A DNA stretch of 64,000 nucleotides from Patescibacteria group bacterium (GCA_965660445.1 CBFIAK010000002.1:32001-96000), one strand, 5' to 3'; shown: positions 1-11,030, counted from the first letter of the stretch. The notes: a model not told the origin generated them from the sequence alone. Numbers and translations: made by a program.

Positions 1-396
1 AAAATATTGGTCATATTCTTCTTCTGTATTTTGAACAATGAGATTTTCTTTTTGTGTACTTAGTTCTTCGTATTTTTGTTCGAGTACCCAATTTGCAGCG
101 TTGTATTTGCTGTTGTCATTTTCGGCAACTGAATCTCTGACTCCGTTTCCACTATTTCCTCCAAGAGGTGTATCTTCTTGAGGTTGAGTGTTGTTTTCTG
201 TTGGAGGAGTTGAATCGTCTTCAAATGAAAAAGAATTTACGACTAATATATCAGCCACTTCACCTTCGATATTTCCGCCATGATCAGTTATAAAATCAAC
301 CTCGTCATGGGTAATGCTCCACGCATTGGCGTAAGGCGTTATACTCATATACCCTATTAAGGTGAGCAAAAGAAGTTTTTTGGAAAGACTATTCAT
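1..396 (-). CDS. Hypothetical secreted protein, runs off the left edge
   Basis: ATG at 396 on minus strand, reading MNSLSKKLLLLTLIGYMSITPYANA (signal-peptide-like) and open to position 1. Confidence 0.65.
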   Translation of the reverse strand, partial: MNSLSKKLLLLTLIGYMSITPYANAWSITHDEVDFITDHGGNIEGEVADILVVNSFSFEDDSTPPTENNTQPQEDTPLGGNSGNGVRDSVAENDNSKYNAANWVLEQKYEELSTQKENLIVQNTEEEYDQYF

Positions 397-513
397 GAGA
401 TATAAAAAGATAAGAATTGAAAGAGTTTTTCTGACTAAAAATTTAAGTCATTAGAATATTTTAACATAAATTTGCATAAATAGCAATAATATTATTTATT
501 AAATAAACATGGC

Positions 514-541
514 TTGATTTTTTATAGAAACCAATTAGTAT
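514..541 (+). promoter_or_regulatory. Putative sigma70 promoter of rnpB
   Basis: TTGATT(514-519)-N16-TAGTAT(536-541), just upstream of the P1 5' strand. Confidence 0.5.
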
Positions 542-547
542 TTTTGA

Positions 548-1102
548 GCTCTTTGTTATGTCGCCTAATGAATTTTGGGAGGAAAGTCCGAGCCACACAA
601 AAGATATCAAGACCGCTCACGGCTGGTGCGTCGTTGATGATTCGAGTATTCTATTGATATATCTATGACACATGAGAATGTGGTGATGTAGAATATTGGA
701 ATGATTGGAATTGCGATTTTGTCCATGAAAAATGATGAGAGAAGAAGGAAGAGTCTTCGAACGAACAATTTTCATGAGAGGAGGAGATGATGAAAAAAAA
801 GAGAATTTTGCGGAGCAAAATAGAATGTTGGAATCATCGACGACGACGGATAGTGGCACAGAAATCAAACGATCCCGATTTATCGGGAGGTCGGTGAAAT
901 AAAAAACAGGTCATGCTGTTTTTCTGGTATATCGCAAGGTATATCAGTGCTAAACCCCTTGAGTGGAGAGGCAGGTGGCGTTTCTTTTAGGAGATGTGTC
1001 TTTTCATCTGTGATCGAAAGAAACTCCTGCTGATGACTTCTCGCATAGAGAAGATGTAAGATAAATGACATTTAAAACAGAACTCGGCTTATCGCAGAGA
1101 GC
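548..1102 (+). ncRNA. rnpB: RNase P RNA, enlarged (~555 nt)
   Basis: GAGGAAAGTCCGAGC (579-593) and AACAGAACTCGGCTTAT (1076-1092) form P4; AGTGGCACAGAAA and AGATAAATG motifs present; P1 GCTCTTTG(548-555)/CAGAGAGC(1095-1102). Confidence 0.93.
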
Positions 1103-1106
1103 ATAT

Positions 1107-1135
1107 AAAAAAAAGGAGATTTTCTCCTTTTTTTT
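1107..1135. terminator. Intrinsic terminator after rnpB
   Basis: A-tract, GGAGA stem paired with TCTCC, then T-tract. Confidence 0.7.
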
Positions 1136-1182
1136 ATACATTCGATTCTTGATTCTTGTTTTATTTCTCGTAGTATGGATGT

Positions 1183-2610
1183 ATGAAAAAGTATTTCACG
1201 ACGCCTATTTATTATGTGAATGACGTGCCACATATCGGACATGCTTATTGCACGCTTGCAACCGATACTTTAGCGCGATATTGGCGAGAGAAAATTGGAA
1301 ACAAGAACGTTTTCTTTGTCACTGGGACCGATGAAAACTCTCAAAAAACGATTGATGCCGCTCAATCATCAGGGAAAGATGTTTTTCTCTATTTAGATGA
1401 AATGGCTCATGTCTGGAGAACAACGTGGGAGCAGTGTGGTGTTTCATTTGATGATTTTATTCGTACTACAGAAGATCGTCATGTTCAGACCGTACAATCT
1501 ATTCTCCAGCAGATGTATGATCGTGGTGATATTTATAAAGGAATATATAAGGGATTGTATTGTACGGGGTGCGAAACATTCTTAAAAGAATCAGATTTAG
1601 ATGAAAATAAACATTGTCCGGCTCATAAACGACCTCCACAAGAAATAGAAGAAGAAAACTATTTTTTTAAGTTGTCTTCTTACCAAGACGATTTATTGGA
1701 TTTATATGCCAATAATACTGAATTATTATATCCAGAGAAGAGGAAGAATGAAGTCTTGAGATTTATAGAGTCAGGACTTGATGATATATCTATATCAAGA
1801 GAAAAAGCCGAATTTGGTATTTCTCTGCCTTGGGATTCGTCACAAAAAGTCTATGTATGGTTTGATGCATTACTGAATTATTTAACGGTTGTCCGTGACA
1901 CAAAAAAAGAATCATTTTGGAATTCTGCTCATCATGTACTCGGAAAAGATATCACAAAATTTCATTGTATTATCTGGCCAGCAATGCTTATGAGTGCTCG
2001 TTTAAAATGCCCTGAGAAAATGTTAGCTCATGGTTTTTTTACCGTTGATGGAGTGAAGATGTCAAAAAGTTTAGGCAATGTTGTTTCGCCTTTGCAGTTA
2101 TCTGAAAAATATGGAAATGATGCTTTGAGATCAGGTTTATTATCGAGTTTTGAGTTTGGAAACGATGGAGATTTTTCGATTTCTCATTTTGAAGATTTTT
2201 ATCAAAAAAAATTGGTGAGTGGATTCGGAAACGTAACACATCGAGTGTTGACGCTTATTCATAAGTTTTTAGACGGAAAAAAGCCGCGCGTTGATACCGA
2301 TTATACTCTCTCGGTTCGAAAAGAATATCATCGACTTATTGAACATTACAAACTCAAAGGTGTTTATGACCATTTTTTTCAGGTTGTTGATTTTACGAAT
2401 GAACGGTTGAATCAAACAGAGGTTTGGAAACTTGCAAAAGAAAACCCAGAATCGGCATTTCTGGTTTTTGCTGAATTATATCAATACATAGAATTCTTAT
2501 CAGAGATGTCGGTTGTGCTTTTTCCTGATGCTGCTCAAAAATTAAAAATCATATTAGGCAATGAAGACTCTCTTAAACCTTCTCAATATTTGTTTCCATC
2601 TCTTGAATAA
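1183..2610 (+). CDS. metG: Methionine--tRNA ligase (short form)
   Basis: TTPIYYVN..HIGH, GTDE, CxxC knuckle, YVWFDAL, KMSKS. Confidence 0.97.
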   Translation: MKKYFTTPIYYVNDVPHIGHAYCTLATDTLARYWREKIGNKNVFFVTGTDENSQKTIDAAQSSGKDVFLYLDEMAHVWRTTWEQCGVSFDDFIRTTEDRHVQTVQSILQQMYDRGDIYKGIYKGLYCTGCETFLKESDLDENKHCPAHKRPPQEIEEENYFFKLSSYQDDLLDLYANNTELLYPEKRKNEVLRFIESGLDDISISREKAEFGISLPWDSSQKVYVWFDALLNYLTVVRDTKKESFWNSAHHVLGKDITKFHCIIWPAMLMSARLKCPEKMLAHGFFTVDGVKMSKSLGNVVSPLQLSEKYGNDALRSGLLSSFEFGNDGDFSISHFEDFYQKKLVSGFGNVTHRVLTLIHKFLDGKKPRVDTDYTLSVRKEYHRLIEHYKLKGVYDHFFQVVDFTNERLNQTEVWKLAKENPESAFLVFAELYQYIEFLSEMSVVLFPDAAQKLKIILGNEDSLKPSQYLFPSLE

Positions 2611-2655
2611 AGAAAAATGAGTTGATCTTTTTTTTACACATATACATACACACAC

Positions 2656-5292
2656 ATGAAACATACTGGTCTCCGATCTCGTGATATTGCAGCATTGCGT
2701 TCTAAATTTGGTTGGAATAGCCTTTCTGTTCGCAATATGAATCCTTGGTGGAAAATATTTTTTCATCAGTTTACTGATATTTTAGTTCTTATTTTGATTG
2801 GTGCGGCAGTACTTTCATTTGTGTTGGAAGATCACCCAACTGATAGTTATGTTATTGCTGGTATTGTTCTTTTGAATGCTCTTATTGGATTTGTGCAAGA
2901 GTTTCGAACTGAACAAACGATTCAAGCGTTACAAAAAATGGTAAGTAGTTCAATTCGTGTGTTGCGAGACGGAAAAGAAATGGCACTCCCAACGAAAGAG
3001 TTGTTACCCGGAGATATAGTTTTTTTATCGGAAGGAGACAAAATCCCTGCTGACGGAGTATTGAAAGAATCACATGCACTTCGAGCGGAGGAATCGGCAC
3101 TTACGGGGGAATCCTTGCCAATTGAAAAATCACAAGGAGATGAGGTTTTTATGGGAACATCTATCGTTCATGGGTCAGGAGTCTATGAGGTTAAAACAAT
3201 TGGTATGCAGACAAAGTTTGGAACCATTGCACAGCTTACAACTGAAACAGAACAAACACTTTCTCCTTTGCAGAAAGAGTTGTCACATATGGGATTATTT
3301 GTGACAAAAGTGACATTTTTTGTGTGTGGAATTTTGTTTGTGTTTGGGTTTTTGAATGCCGATGAAGGTTTGTCATTATCTGAGAAATTGATTCAAAATC
3401 TCATGTATGCGGTAGCAGTAGCTATTGCGGCAGTTCCTGAAGGACTTCCGACAACTATTACCATAGCATTAGCGTTAGGAGCGACTATTTTGGCAAGAAA
3501 AAAGACAATTGTAAAACGTTTGTCATCAGTCGAGACATTGGGGTCTGTAACGACTATTTGTTCCGATAAAACAGGAACACTGACTCAAAACGAAATGACC
3601 GTTCGGGAGGTATATTTAGCAGATCGATCTGTTTATACGGTGAGTGGTGTTGGGTACGATCCACATTCTGGAAAAATTGCTTTTGTGGGAGGAAGTGAAA
3701 AAAAATCTACACAGAATGATTCGTTATTACATGATCTATTAGAAATTTGTACTCATTGTAATGAAGCTGTTTTACAACAGAAAGAGAATGAATATACAGT
3801 CTTAGGCGATCCTACAGAAGGGGCTTTGTTAACGCTGGCTCAAAAATCAGGATTGGTTTTTCCTGGGGTATGTGATGAAGTTTTTCCGTTTGATGCTGAT
3901 CGAAAAATGATGTCGGTGGTGTTTCAAAAAAAAGTGTTTGTAAAAGGATCACCAGATCATGTACTTAATCGGTGTACGCATTGGTCAGATGGTTATTTGG
4001 TTCATCGTATGACCGATGAGAAACGATTACATATTCAAACGCATTATGAACGTATGGCTCAAAATGCTTTGCGAGTATTAGCGTTTGCGTCTCGATCTAT
4101 TGGAGACAGTGAAAAAGTTTCAGATGAAGACTCTGCAGAAAAAAACTTAGTGTTTATGGGGCTTGTAGGGATGATTGATCCTCCTCGAGATGAAGTGCGT
4201 GATGCGGTAAAAGCTTGTCGTACAGCGGGTATAAGAGTGATTGTGATTACGGGTGATTTTGGAGTGACGGCTGAAGCGATTGCGAGAGAATTAGGGATTG
4301 TGCGAGGAAAATCAGTAGAAGTATTAACAGGCGATCAAGTAGCACAGTTATCGGATCAAGATTTATCAGCCCTTTTATCAGATCGAAATCAGTCGCTTAT
4401 TTTTGCACGCAGTAGACCAGATCAAAAAATGAGAATTGTTCAGTTACTTCAATCTCATGGTGAGATTGTGGCGATGACGGGTGATGGAGTGAATGATGCA
4501 CCAGCACTCAAAGCTGCTGATATTGGAGTTGCAATGGGTATTGCGGGAACCGATGTGAGTAAAGAAGCAGCGACAATGGTGCTTTTAGATGATTCGTTTG
4601 CTTCGATTGTAAGTGCTATTCGAGAAGGTCGACGTATTTATGAAAATTTAAAGAAGTTTGTCTGGTTTATTTTCTCTTGTAATATCGGAGAACTCGTCAC
4701 TATCTTTTTGGCTATTGCTTTTGGGTTTCCGTTAGTATTAACCGCTATCTTAATTTTAGCTATTGATTTAGGAACAGATATTTTACCAGCTATAGCATTA
4801 GGAGTCGATGATGAAAACATAAATATCATGAAACTCCCTCCAAGAGATCCGAAATTGCGAGTTATGAACAAAAATTTTATACTGAGTTTCTTTTTTATGG
4901 GAAGTGTTATTGGAGTATGCGTAACAGGTGCTTATGTATGGACTTTGCTGCGTGATGGTTGGTCATGGGGCGATATGTCGTTTGATAACATTCATGCTCA
5001 AACGGTTGGGTTTACATCACTTGTTTTTGTTCAGCTGTTAAATACTTTTTCGGCTCGGAGTCAGACGGTGTCGGTATTTTCTCAACAATTGTTTTCGAAT
5101 CATTTTCTTCTATTAGCCAATATTTCATCGATTCTTTTAGTACTTTTACTCTTATATGTACCTTTTTTCAATCGTGTTATAGGAACAACCCCGCTTGATG
5201 GGTATGATTGGGGAGTGGTGTTTGCGGCAACGGTTATTCCTTTTTTGGTATTGGAAACACGAAAATACTTTTTACGACATAAAAAAGTATAG
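2656..5292 (+). CDS. Cation-translocating P-type ATPase (P2A/Ca2+-like)
   Basis: TGES, PEGL, DKTGTLT, GDGVNDAPAL motifs; multiple TM helices. Confidence 0.95.
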   Translation: MKHTGLRSRDIAALRSKFGWNSLSVRNMNPWWKIFFHQFTDILVLILIGAAVLSFVLEDHPTDSYVIAGIVLLNALIGFVQEFRTEQTIQALQKMVSSSIRVLRDGKEMALPTKELLPGDIVFLSEGDKIPADGVLKESHALRAEESALTGESLPIEKSQGDEVFMGTSIVHGSGVYEVKTIGMQTKFGTIAQLTTETEQTLSPLQKELSHMGLFVTKVTFFVCGILFVFGFLNADEGLSLSEKLIQNLMYAVAVAIAAVPEGLPTTITIALALGATILARKKTIVKRLSSVETLGSVTTICSDKTGTLTQNEMTVREVYLADRSVYTVSGVGYDPHSGKIAFVGGSEKKSTQNDSLLHDLLEICTHCNEAVLQQKENEYTVLGDPTEGALLTLAQKSGLVFPGVCDEVFPFDADRKMMSVVFQKKVFVKGSPDHVLNRCTHWSDGYLVHRMTDEKRLHIQTHYERMAQNALRVLAFASRSIGDSEKVSDEDSAEKNLVFMGLVGMIDPPRDEVRDAVKACRTAGIRVIVITGDFGVTAEAIARELGIVRGKSVEVLTGDQVAQLSDQDLSALLSDRNQSLIFARSRPDQKMRIVQLLQSHGEIVAMTGDGVNDAPALKAADIGVAMGIAGTDVSKEAATMVLLDDSFASIVSAIREGRRIYENLKKFVWFIFSCNIGELVTIFLAIAFGFPLVLTAILILAIDLGTDILPAIALGVDDENINIMKLPPRDPKLRVMNKNFILSFFFMGSVIGVCVTGAYVWTLLRDGWSWGDMSFDNIHAQTVGFTSLVFVQLLNTFSARSQTVSVFSQQLFSNHFLLLANISSILLVLLLLYVPFFNRVIGTTPLDGYDWGVVFAATVIPFLVLETRKYFLRHKKV

Positions 5293-5305
5293 GCAATATA
5301 GAGGA

Positions 5306-7111
5306 TTATTTTTTCATCATTGAAAAGAATGCGTCTTGGGGAATGGTTACTTTTCCAAACTGCTTCAGTCTTTTTTTCCCTGCTTTTTGTTTTTTCAGGA
5401 GTTTGTTCTTTCGGGTAACATCTCCTCCATAGAGTTTTGCGGTTACGTCTTTTCGAAGAGCTGATATCGTTTCTCGTGCGAGTACTTTTCCTCCAATGGC
5501 AGCTTGAATAGCGATAGCAAACTGAGCTTTTGGGATGATGTCTTTGAGTTTTTCACACCATCGAGCACCGATATAATACGCATCATCACGGTGAACAATT
5601 TGGCTTAGTGCATCAACCCTGTCTCCCGCAACGAGTATATCGAGTCGAGAGAGTTTTCCTTCACGCATACCGATGGGTTCGTATGACATTGAGGCATATC
5701 CAGAGGTCATTGATTTAAGGTCGTCGTAAAAATCGGTGATGATAGAGGCGAGTGGTATTTCAAAAAACATCTCTACTCTGTCTTCGCTGGTATACTGAAT
5801 ATTTTTAGAAATTCCATGTCGACTTGTACATAAATCCATTACAGCACCTATATATTGAGACGGAACAAGGATACTGATATTCATCCATGGTTCTTGTATA
5901 GATTCGTATGTGCCTGCATCAGGGAGTTCTCCAGGATTGGCGATAGGGACAACCGATCCGTCTTTTTGGATTATGTTATACGATACTGATGGAGCTGTTA
6001 CTAAAATATCTAAATCAAATTCACGTTCGAGTCTTTCTTGAACAATATCGAGATGAAGAAGTCCGAGAAATCCAACTCGAAACCCATTTCCTAAAGAAGC
6101 TGATTGTTCTGGCTCAAATTGGAGTGAAGCATCATTGAGGGAAAGTTTCTCAAGCGCTTTTCGCAGGAGTGCAAAATCATCCCCCTCAATAGGGTATACT
6201 CCTGCGTATACAAAAGGCGTTACTTCTTTATATCCAGGGAGTGATAATGGTTTCTCTATTTTTCCTTGATAAAGCGTTTCTCCTACTTTTGCATCAATAA
6301 CATTTTTAAGTCCAGTAACGACGTATCCTACTTCACCGGTGTTCAATTTTTCGGTGGGTGAATATCGAGGATTTAAAAACCCTACTTCGATTGCTTCTAT
6401 TTTTCGTCCGGTTCTCAGGAGAGTGAGTTTGTCACCTTTGTTGATTGATCCGGAAAAAACTCGAACACTTGAAACCACTCCACGATACGTATCAAACGTT
6501 GAATCAAAAATAAGAGCTTTTGTTTCAGTTATATCAGAAAAAACTGGTTGATGGTTTTTAAAAATAGGGTTTTGAGGAGGACTTGGAATATGAGTTACAA
6601 TAGCATCGAGGAGTTCTGGAACTCCGGTTCCTTCTTTTCCGCTGACTTGTAAAATATCTTCGGCTTTAAATCCCAAAAGGGACTCAATTTCTTGAGCTCG
6701 TCGTTCAGGTTCTGCAGCAGGAAGATCAATTTTATTGAGGACGGGTATAATTTCGAGTCCTTGATCAAGCGCAAGATAGACATTGGCGAGAGTTTGGGCT
6801 TCAATTCCTTGTGTAGCATCAACCACAAGCACAGCTCCTTCGCAGGCTGCCAAACTTCGAGATACTTCATAAGAAAAATCAACATGCCCAGGGGTATCGA
6901 TAAGGTTTAGTTGTGTGCCTTTCCAATACATTCGAACTGGCTGGAGTTTAATAGTGATACCTCGCTCTTGTTCGAGTTCCATTGTGTCCAGTAGTTGGGC
7001 TTTCATATCTCGTTTCTGAATAGTTCCTGTTATTTCTAAAAGTCGATCAGCGAGTGTCGATTTCCCGTGGTCGATGTGGGCAATAATACAGAAATTACGA
7101 ATAGATGTCAT
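5306..7111 (-). CDS. lepA: Elongation factor 4 (LepA)
   Basis: IRNFCIIAHIDHGKSTLADR, DTPGHVDF, C-terminal KQKAGKKRLK. Confidence 0.98.
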   Translation of the reverse strand: MTSIRNFCIIAHIDHGKSTLADRLLEITGTIQKRDMKAQLLDTMELEQERGITIKLQPVRMYWKGTQLNLIDTPGHVDFSYEVSRSLAACEGAVLVVDATQGIEAQTLANVYLALDQGLEIIPVLNKIDLPAAEPERRAQEIESLLGFKAEDILQVSGKEGTGVPELLDAIVTHIPSPPQNPIFKNHQPVFSDITETKALIFDSTFDTYRGVVSSVRVFSGSINKGDKLTLLRTGRKIEAIEVGFLNPRYSPTEKLNTGEVGYVVTGLKNVIDAKVGETLYQGKIEKPLSLPGYKEVTPFVYAGVYPIEGDDFALLRKALEKLSLNDASLQFEPEQSASLGNGFRVGFLGLLHLDIVQERLEREFDLDILVTAPSVSYNIIQKDGSVVPIANPGELPDAGTYESIQEPWMNISILVPSQYIGAVMDLCTSRHGISKNIQYTSEDRVEMFFEIPLASIITDFYDDLKSMTSGYASMSYEPIGMREGKLSRLDILVAGDRVDALSQIVHRDDAYYIGARWCEKLKDIIPKAQFAIAIQAAIGGKVLARETISALRKDVTAKLYGGDVTRKNKLLKKQKAGKKRLKQFGKVTIPQDAFFSMMKK

Positions 7112-7335
7112 AGAGAGAATAAGTGTGAGGGAATCATGTCTTGTCGCCCCGAAGCTTTATGCGTAGGGTGCTGGTCGATGTGAGTAATAATACAAAAATT
7201 TCTCATATCTATAATTGGTTTCGATTGTACGGTGAAATAGAAGTTTTACAAATTTTTTCATGTTTTTCTTGTGACTCGGTTTTTTCCTATTATACTAAAG
7301 AATGCACATACACATATATATTTGAGTTTTTGTTT

Positions 7336-7860
7336 ATGAAACAGGGATTTACGCTTCTAGAACTGGTAGTGACGATATCTATTTTAGGTATTTTATTTTC
7401 TATTACTGTTCCAACCTTGTATGAAACTATTTTAAAATCTCGATTTTCATTGGAAGTAGATAGAATTATACAGGCCTTATCAGATACTCGAAACGATGTA
7501 CTGGCTCGTCGAGATTGTTCAGATGATGAAGGTATTCAATTTCGAGTGAATAATGATCTTGTTTCTTTTGGATGTGAACAAACATTAGTATTGCAAGAAA
7601 GTCGCATTGTGTTTGAAGACTCTTTTGCACAGAATGGAAGTATTGGTTTTTCAGTTGATCCTTTTGCAATGGAATTGATTACTTCTTCCGGAAATGTATC
7701 TCAAACATATTTTACTATCGAAAGCCAAAATATTTCTTCCACCGAGATATATACAGTGTGTTTAGACAGTGTACTTGCTTATCCGAAAATGTATAAGAAT
7801 CATTGTGACTGTTTTGATACCATACCCTATGAAACTATTCCTGACTGTGAAATTTTATGA
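7336..7860 (+). CDS. Type IV pilin / pseudopilin (N-methylation domain)
   Basis: Likely start at 7336: MKQGFTLLELVVTISILGIL (G/F..E5 prepilin motif). Confidence 0.85.
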   Translation: MKQGFTLLELVVTISILGILFSITVPTLYETILKSRFSLEVDRIIQALSDTRNDVLARRDCSDDEGIQFRVNNDLVSFGCEQTLVLQESRIVFEDSFAQNGSIGFSVDPFAMELITSSGNVSQTYFTIESQNISSTEIYTVCLDSVLAYPKMYKNHCDCFDTIPYETIPDCEIL

Positions 7861-8462
7861 AAAAAGAACAAAAAAAGTATTCAATAAAAAAAACAGGTGA
7901 GACTCTTATTGAAGTTCTTATTGCTATTGTTATTCTTGTCATTTTCTTGAGTAGTATTTTGGTTATTTTAAATCGTGCGATTATGATTAATAGTAATATT
8001 GAAAATCGTATTACAGCCCTCAGTCTTGCTAGAGAAGGTATTGAAGGTGTTCGACATATTCGAGACACCAATTGGCTTCGATTTTCTGGAAATAAAAGAG
8101 AAAATTGGTTGTGTATCGATACTGATTGTAATGAGAAAATAAATGATGGATTTTATCGTCTTGATTTTGATCCTCCTCTCTATGTCCTATCAGAACAAGG
8201 AGCATTAACACCTCTTGATGAATCGTATCGTTTGTACAGTCATGAAGACACTCCTTTTCTTAACCATGACACGGTGAATGGCTCGCCAACTCTTTTTTAT
8301 CGACAAATTCAGACACGTCAAGAGGAAGTATCTTGTCCGCTCGTTGATTGTCCGAATAAATTAATTGTTCAATCTCGTGTTTCTTGGCAAGAAGCAAATG
8401 GGGATAAAGAAATAGTATTAGAAACTCACTTATTTGATTATTTTGAACGAGATGCGTATTAA
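7857..8462 (+). CDS. PilV-like minor type IV pilin
   Basis: KKTGETLIEVLIAIVIL and LAREGIEGVR motif. Confidence 0.8.
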   Translation: MKKEQKKYSIKKTGETLIEVLIAIVILVIFLSSILVILNRAIMINSNIENRITALSLAREGIEGVRHIRDTNWLRFSGNKRENWLCIDTDCNEKINDGFYRLDFDPPLYVLSEQGALTPLDESYRLYSHEDTPFLNHDTVNGSPTLFYRQIQTRQEEVSCPLVDCPNKLIVQSRVSWQEANGDKEIVLETHLFDYFERDAY

Positions 8463-9282
8463 ACAAAAGAAAAAAGCTTTTTCCCTTTTAGAACTCGTCA
8501 TTGCTATGACGCTTTTTGCCGTTGTCTTTTTGAGTATTTTTTCTCTTGTGGGGCAAATGCAATTAACTCAGAAAAAACTTGATATTGCACATAATTTTTA
8601 TGATGAATCTCGTTTGCTTATGGATAGAATGGTTGAGTTTGGTCGTTATTATGTGCTTGATTACGATCGGTATTTTTGTGAAGAAGATAATGTTGCTGAA
8701 GATTGTGATTCTCGGTATGAAGATGTATTTTATGATGATATTGGTGGACGATTAAGGAATTTGGGAGGTATGGATAGAGAGTTTGAGCAATCAGATGTAG
8801 AGACAAATGCATTTGATGTTTCACAACAAGACGTATTATTTTTACGGCATCCAGAGCGAAATGTTCGTATTGCTCTTCGAGTCGAAAGTGAACAAGTACA
8901 AGTACAATCTCAAGTTGGTGTTGATACAAATGATGATGGACGTCTTGATGTATGGAGTGCTGAACCTCTTGTTTTACCCAATAAACAGTGCCGTATAGAA
9001 GGAATTGAATTCTCTGAAGATTTGTGTCGAGAAGCTTATGATTGGAAAACAATATCTCCATCACATGTTCGAGTTTTATCTTCTGTGTTTGAATTGTATC
9101 CTCAAAAAGACCCATATCTTGCGTTTGCTGATGATGCAGTGCAATTGCAACCTGTTATTCGTATGGCGTTTAAATTTCAGTTTGATGAAGAAAATACTGG
9201 TTATGGGTTTTCACAGCAGGAAGTGCCAGAGATACATTTACAAACCGCTGTCGTTTCGCGTATCCATGGAAATACTCGTTAA
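8452..9282 (+). CDS. Minor type IV pilin (N-methylation domain)
   Basis: MRIKQKKKAFSLLELVIAMTLF. Confidence 0.8.
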   Translation: MRIKQKKKAFSLLELVIAMTLFAVVFLSIFSLVGQMQLTQKKLDIAHNFYDESRLLMDRMVEFGRYYVLDYDRYFCEEDNVAEDCDSRYEDVFYDDIGGRLRNLGGMDREFEQSDVETNAFDVSQQDVLFLRHPERNVRIALRVESEQVQVQSQVGVDTNDDGRLDVWSAEPLVLPNKQCRIEGIEFSEDLCREAYDWKTISPSHVRVLSSVFELYPQKDPYLAFADDAVQLQPVIRMAFKFQFDEENTGYGFSQQEVPEIHLQTAVVSRIHGNTR

Positions 9283-11030
9283 AACTCAGGTTTTTGCATA
9301 TGCCATAAAAAAATGAGCCCCGTGTTTTTTCGGAGTCTGTTTTTTTCTTCTTGAGTCAGGGCATCTCTTTTGAAGAGTTTTGGTTTTGGGGGGGTGGGAA
9401 TAATAATTTGAGAAGGCGGCATAGTTTTGAGTATCTGTATTTTTTCAGGAGAAAGTGCGTTTAAGAAATCTTCAAAAAAAGGCTTCTCGTATACATCATC
9501 AATATTTTTCTTCGTCATTTGTGATTGTGTCCATTTCTGAATTGATTGTTCAAATATATGCGGAGCACCTCCTCCTCTCGTTGTTTTTTGTATAATTTGG
9601 GTTGTTACTTCTATTGGGATTTCAAGGGTGTCTTTTTCCCCAGAATGGTCCCAAAGAGTAAGTTTTATTGTATAGAGACCTTCTGCATCAAAATAGATAG
9701 TTTTTGGGTTTGAACGTTTTGATTCAATTTCACAATAGTCACTCCATCGCCAAGTATCAGTGATATCGTTTGGACATGATTTTCCATTGATCTCCCATTG
9801 ATAGGTATGCAGATCATGATCTCCATCGGGATCAAAAGAATTTTCAGCAGTGAGGTTGAGTGATTTTGTGTATATCTTTCGACCGCCTTGAAGTGTTATC
9901 TGAGCTTTTGGTGGTGTGTTTTGAGACTTGTTTTTTGTCCCTTTTGATCCATTAAAATGTCGAAAAAAATTAGATGCTTGGTTTGGTGGTGAGTTTTTTT
10001 CTTTTCGTGCGATTGATTCATTGGGAATCATGTCTTGAATATCAATACATTCTCCATTCCATAGGAATGCTTCTCGGTATTGGATAACTCGTTTTGTTTC
10101 TGATTGACTGAGTGTTTGTTTTTTCCAGCAGACGGTGTCAATTCGTTCTTCGGCACTTGTTCCATACATATGAATAATTTCAACGGTTCCTGAACCAGAA
10201 GATAGACTTTCTTTTTTCGATGTTTGAGCTGTGTAGAAAGTATTTTGTTTTTGAATATCTGTTGTGTGACTCCCTGTTTCGAGTACAAAAATATCGTTTG
10301 TAGATACAAATAATGGAGTTTCTTGCACGAATAAAAGAGTTCCGTTGTGTTTTATGGCGAGCCCTTGAATGTTTATCGGTTCACTGAAAGGGAGAGTAAA
10401 CTGTATTTCGATAAAGTCTGTATTCGTGTTTTTCGGCGATATTTCTTGAATGAGAATGTCTCCTTTTTGAAGTTTTACTGTTGAGGGAGGGTTTTCTTCT
10501 CCTTTTGAATGATTCCAGACAGTGTTATTTGGTTCGTATCGAATGGGGATAAGTGGCAATAGGGGGTTATCTGTTCGATTCCATATTTCCGTATAGGGGT
10601 TTCCCTGAATTGTACCGGATTTTGTTTTTGGATACGTAACGGTATCTTTTCTATTTGTTTGTTCTTGAATAGAAATCGTTGCTCCATTATCTGGCAATGA
10701 AAGAGGCGATTTATCCCACCACAATAGACCGTTTATGGAACTGGTCAGGAGTGTTTGGTTTCCGCTTTCGTCTTCATGAACCGTTATATTTTTTGTTTGC
10801 ATTGTTTCTTTTATTTCATCAAATGGTTTTTCCTGATTCCCATTACTGATGAAGAGAGATGAAATATTACAGGCGCTTTCCTTTTCTACGACTATTTCAA
10901 TCCACTCATCTTCTTCGGCAATACGAGTCGGGCTTATTTCAGAAATAAAAAGATTACATTCGTTTTCATCATTTGCCAAAGATTGCATTGGAAAGCAAAA
11001 GGAAATGAGAAAAAAAATAATTCGTTTCAT
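9279..11030 (-). CDS. Secreted protein with lamin-tail-like and PKD-like domains
   Basis: Signal peptide; ISEISP..EWIEI and IQEISP..DFIEI (lamin tail-like); SFDPDGD..YQWEI..GLYTIKLTLWD (PKD-like). Confidence 0.65.
   Translation of the reverse strand: MKRIIFFLISFCFPMQSLANDENECNLFISEISPTRIAEEDEWIEIVVEKESACNISSLFISNGNQEKPFDEIKETMQTKNITVHEDESGNQTLLTSSINGLLWWDKSPLSLPDNGATISIQEQTNRKDTVTYPKTKSGTIQGNPYTEIWNRTDNPLLPLIPIRYEPNNTVWNHSKGEENPPSTVKLQKGDILIQEISPKNTNTDFIEIQFTLPFSEPINIQGLAIKHNGTLLFVQETPLFVSTNDIFVLETGSHTTDIQKQNTFYTAQTSKKESLSSGSGTVEIIHMYGTSAEERIDTVCWKKQTLSQSETKRVIQYREAFLWNGECIDIQDMIPNESIARKEKNSPPNQASNFFRHFNGSKGTKNKSQNTPPKAQITLQGGRKIYTKSLNLTAENSFDPDGDHDLHTYQWEINGKSCPNDITDTWRWSDYCEIESKRSNPKTIYFDAEGLYTIKLTLWDHSGEKDTLEIPIEVTTQIIQKTTRGGGAPHIFEQSIQKWTQSQMTKKNIDDVYEKPFFEDFLNALSPEKIQILKTMPPSQIIIPTPPKPKLFKRDALTQEEKNRLRKNTGLIFLWHMQKPEF

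Noticed and set aside
617-1071. Minus-strand ORFs 617-868 and 880-1071 as genes, e.g. a homing endonuclease in the rnpB insert
   Set aside because: Short, antisense to rnpB, no nuclease motifs
7150-7180. GC-rich hairpin-like GCCCCGAAGCTTTATGCGTAGGGTGC upstream of lepA
   Set aside because: Single imperfect copy with no recognisable riboswitch or repeat family
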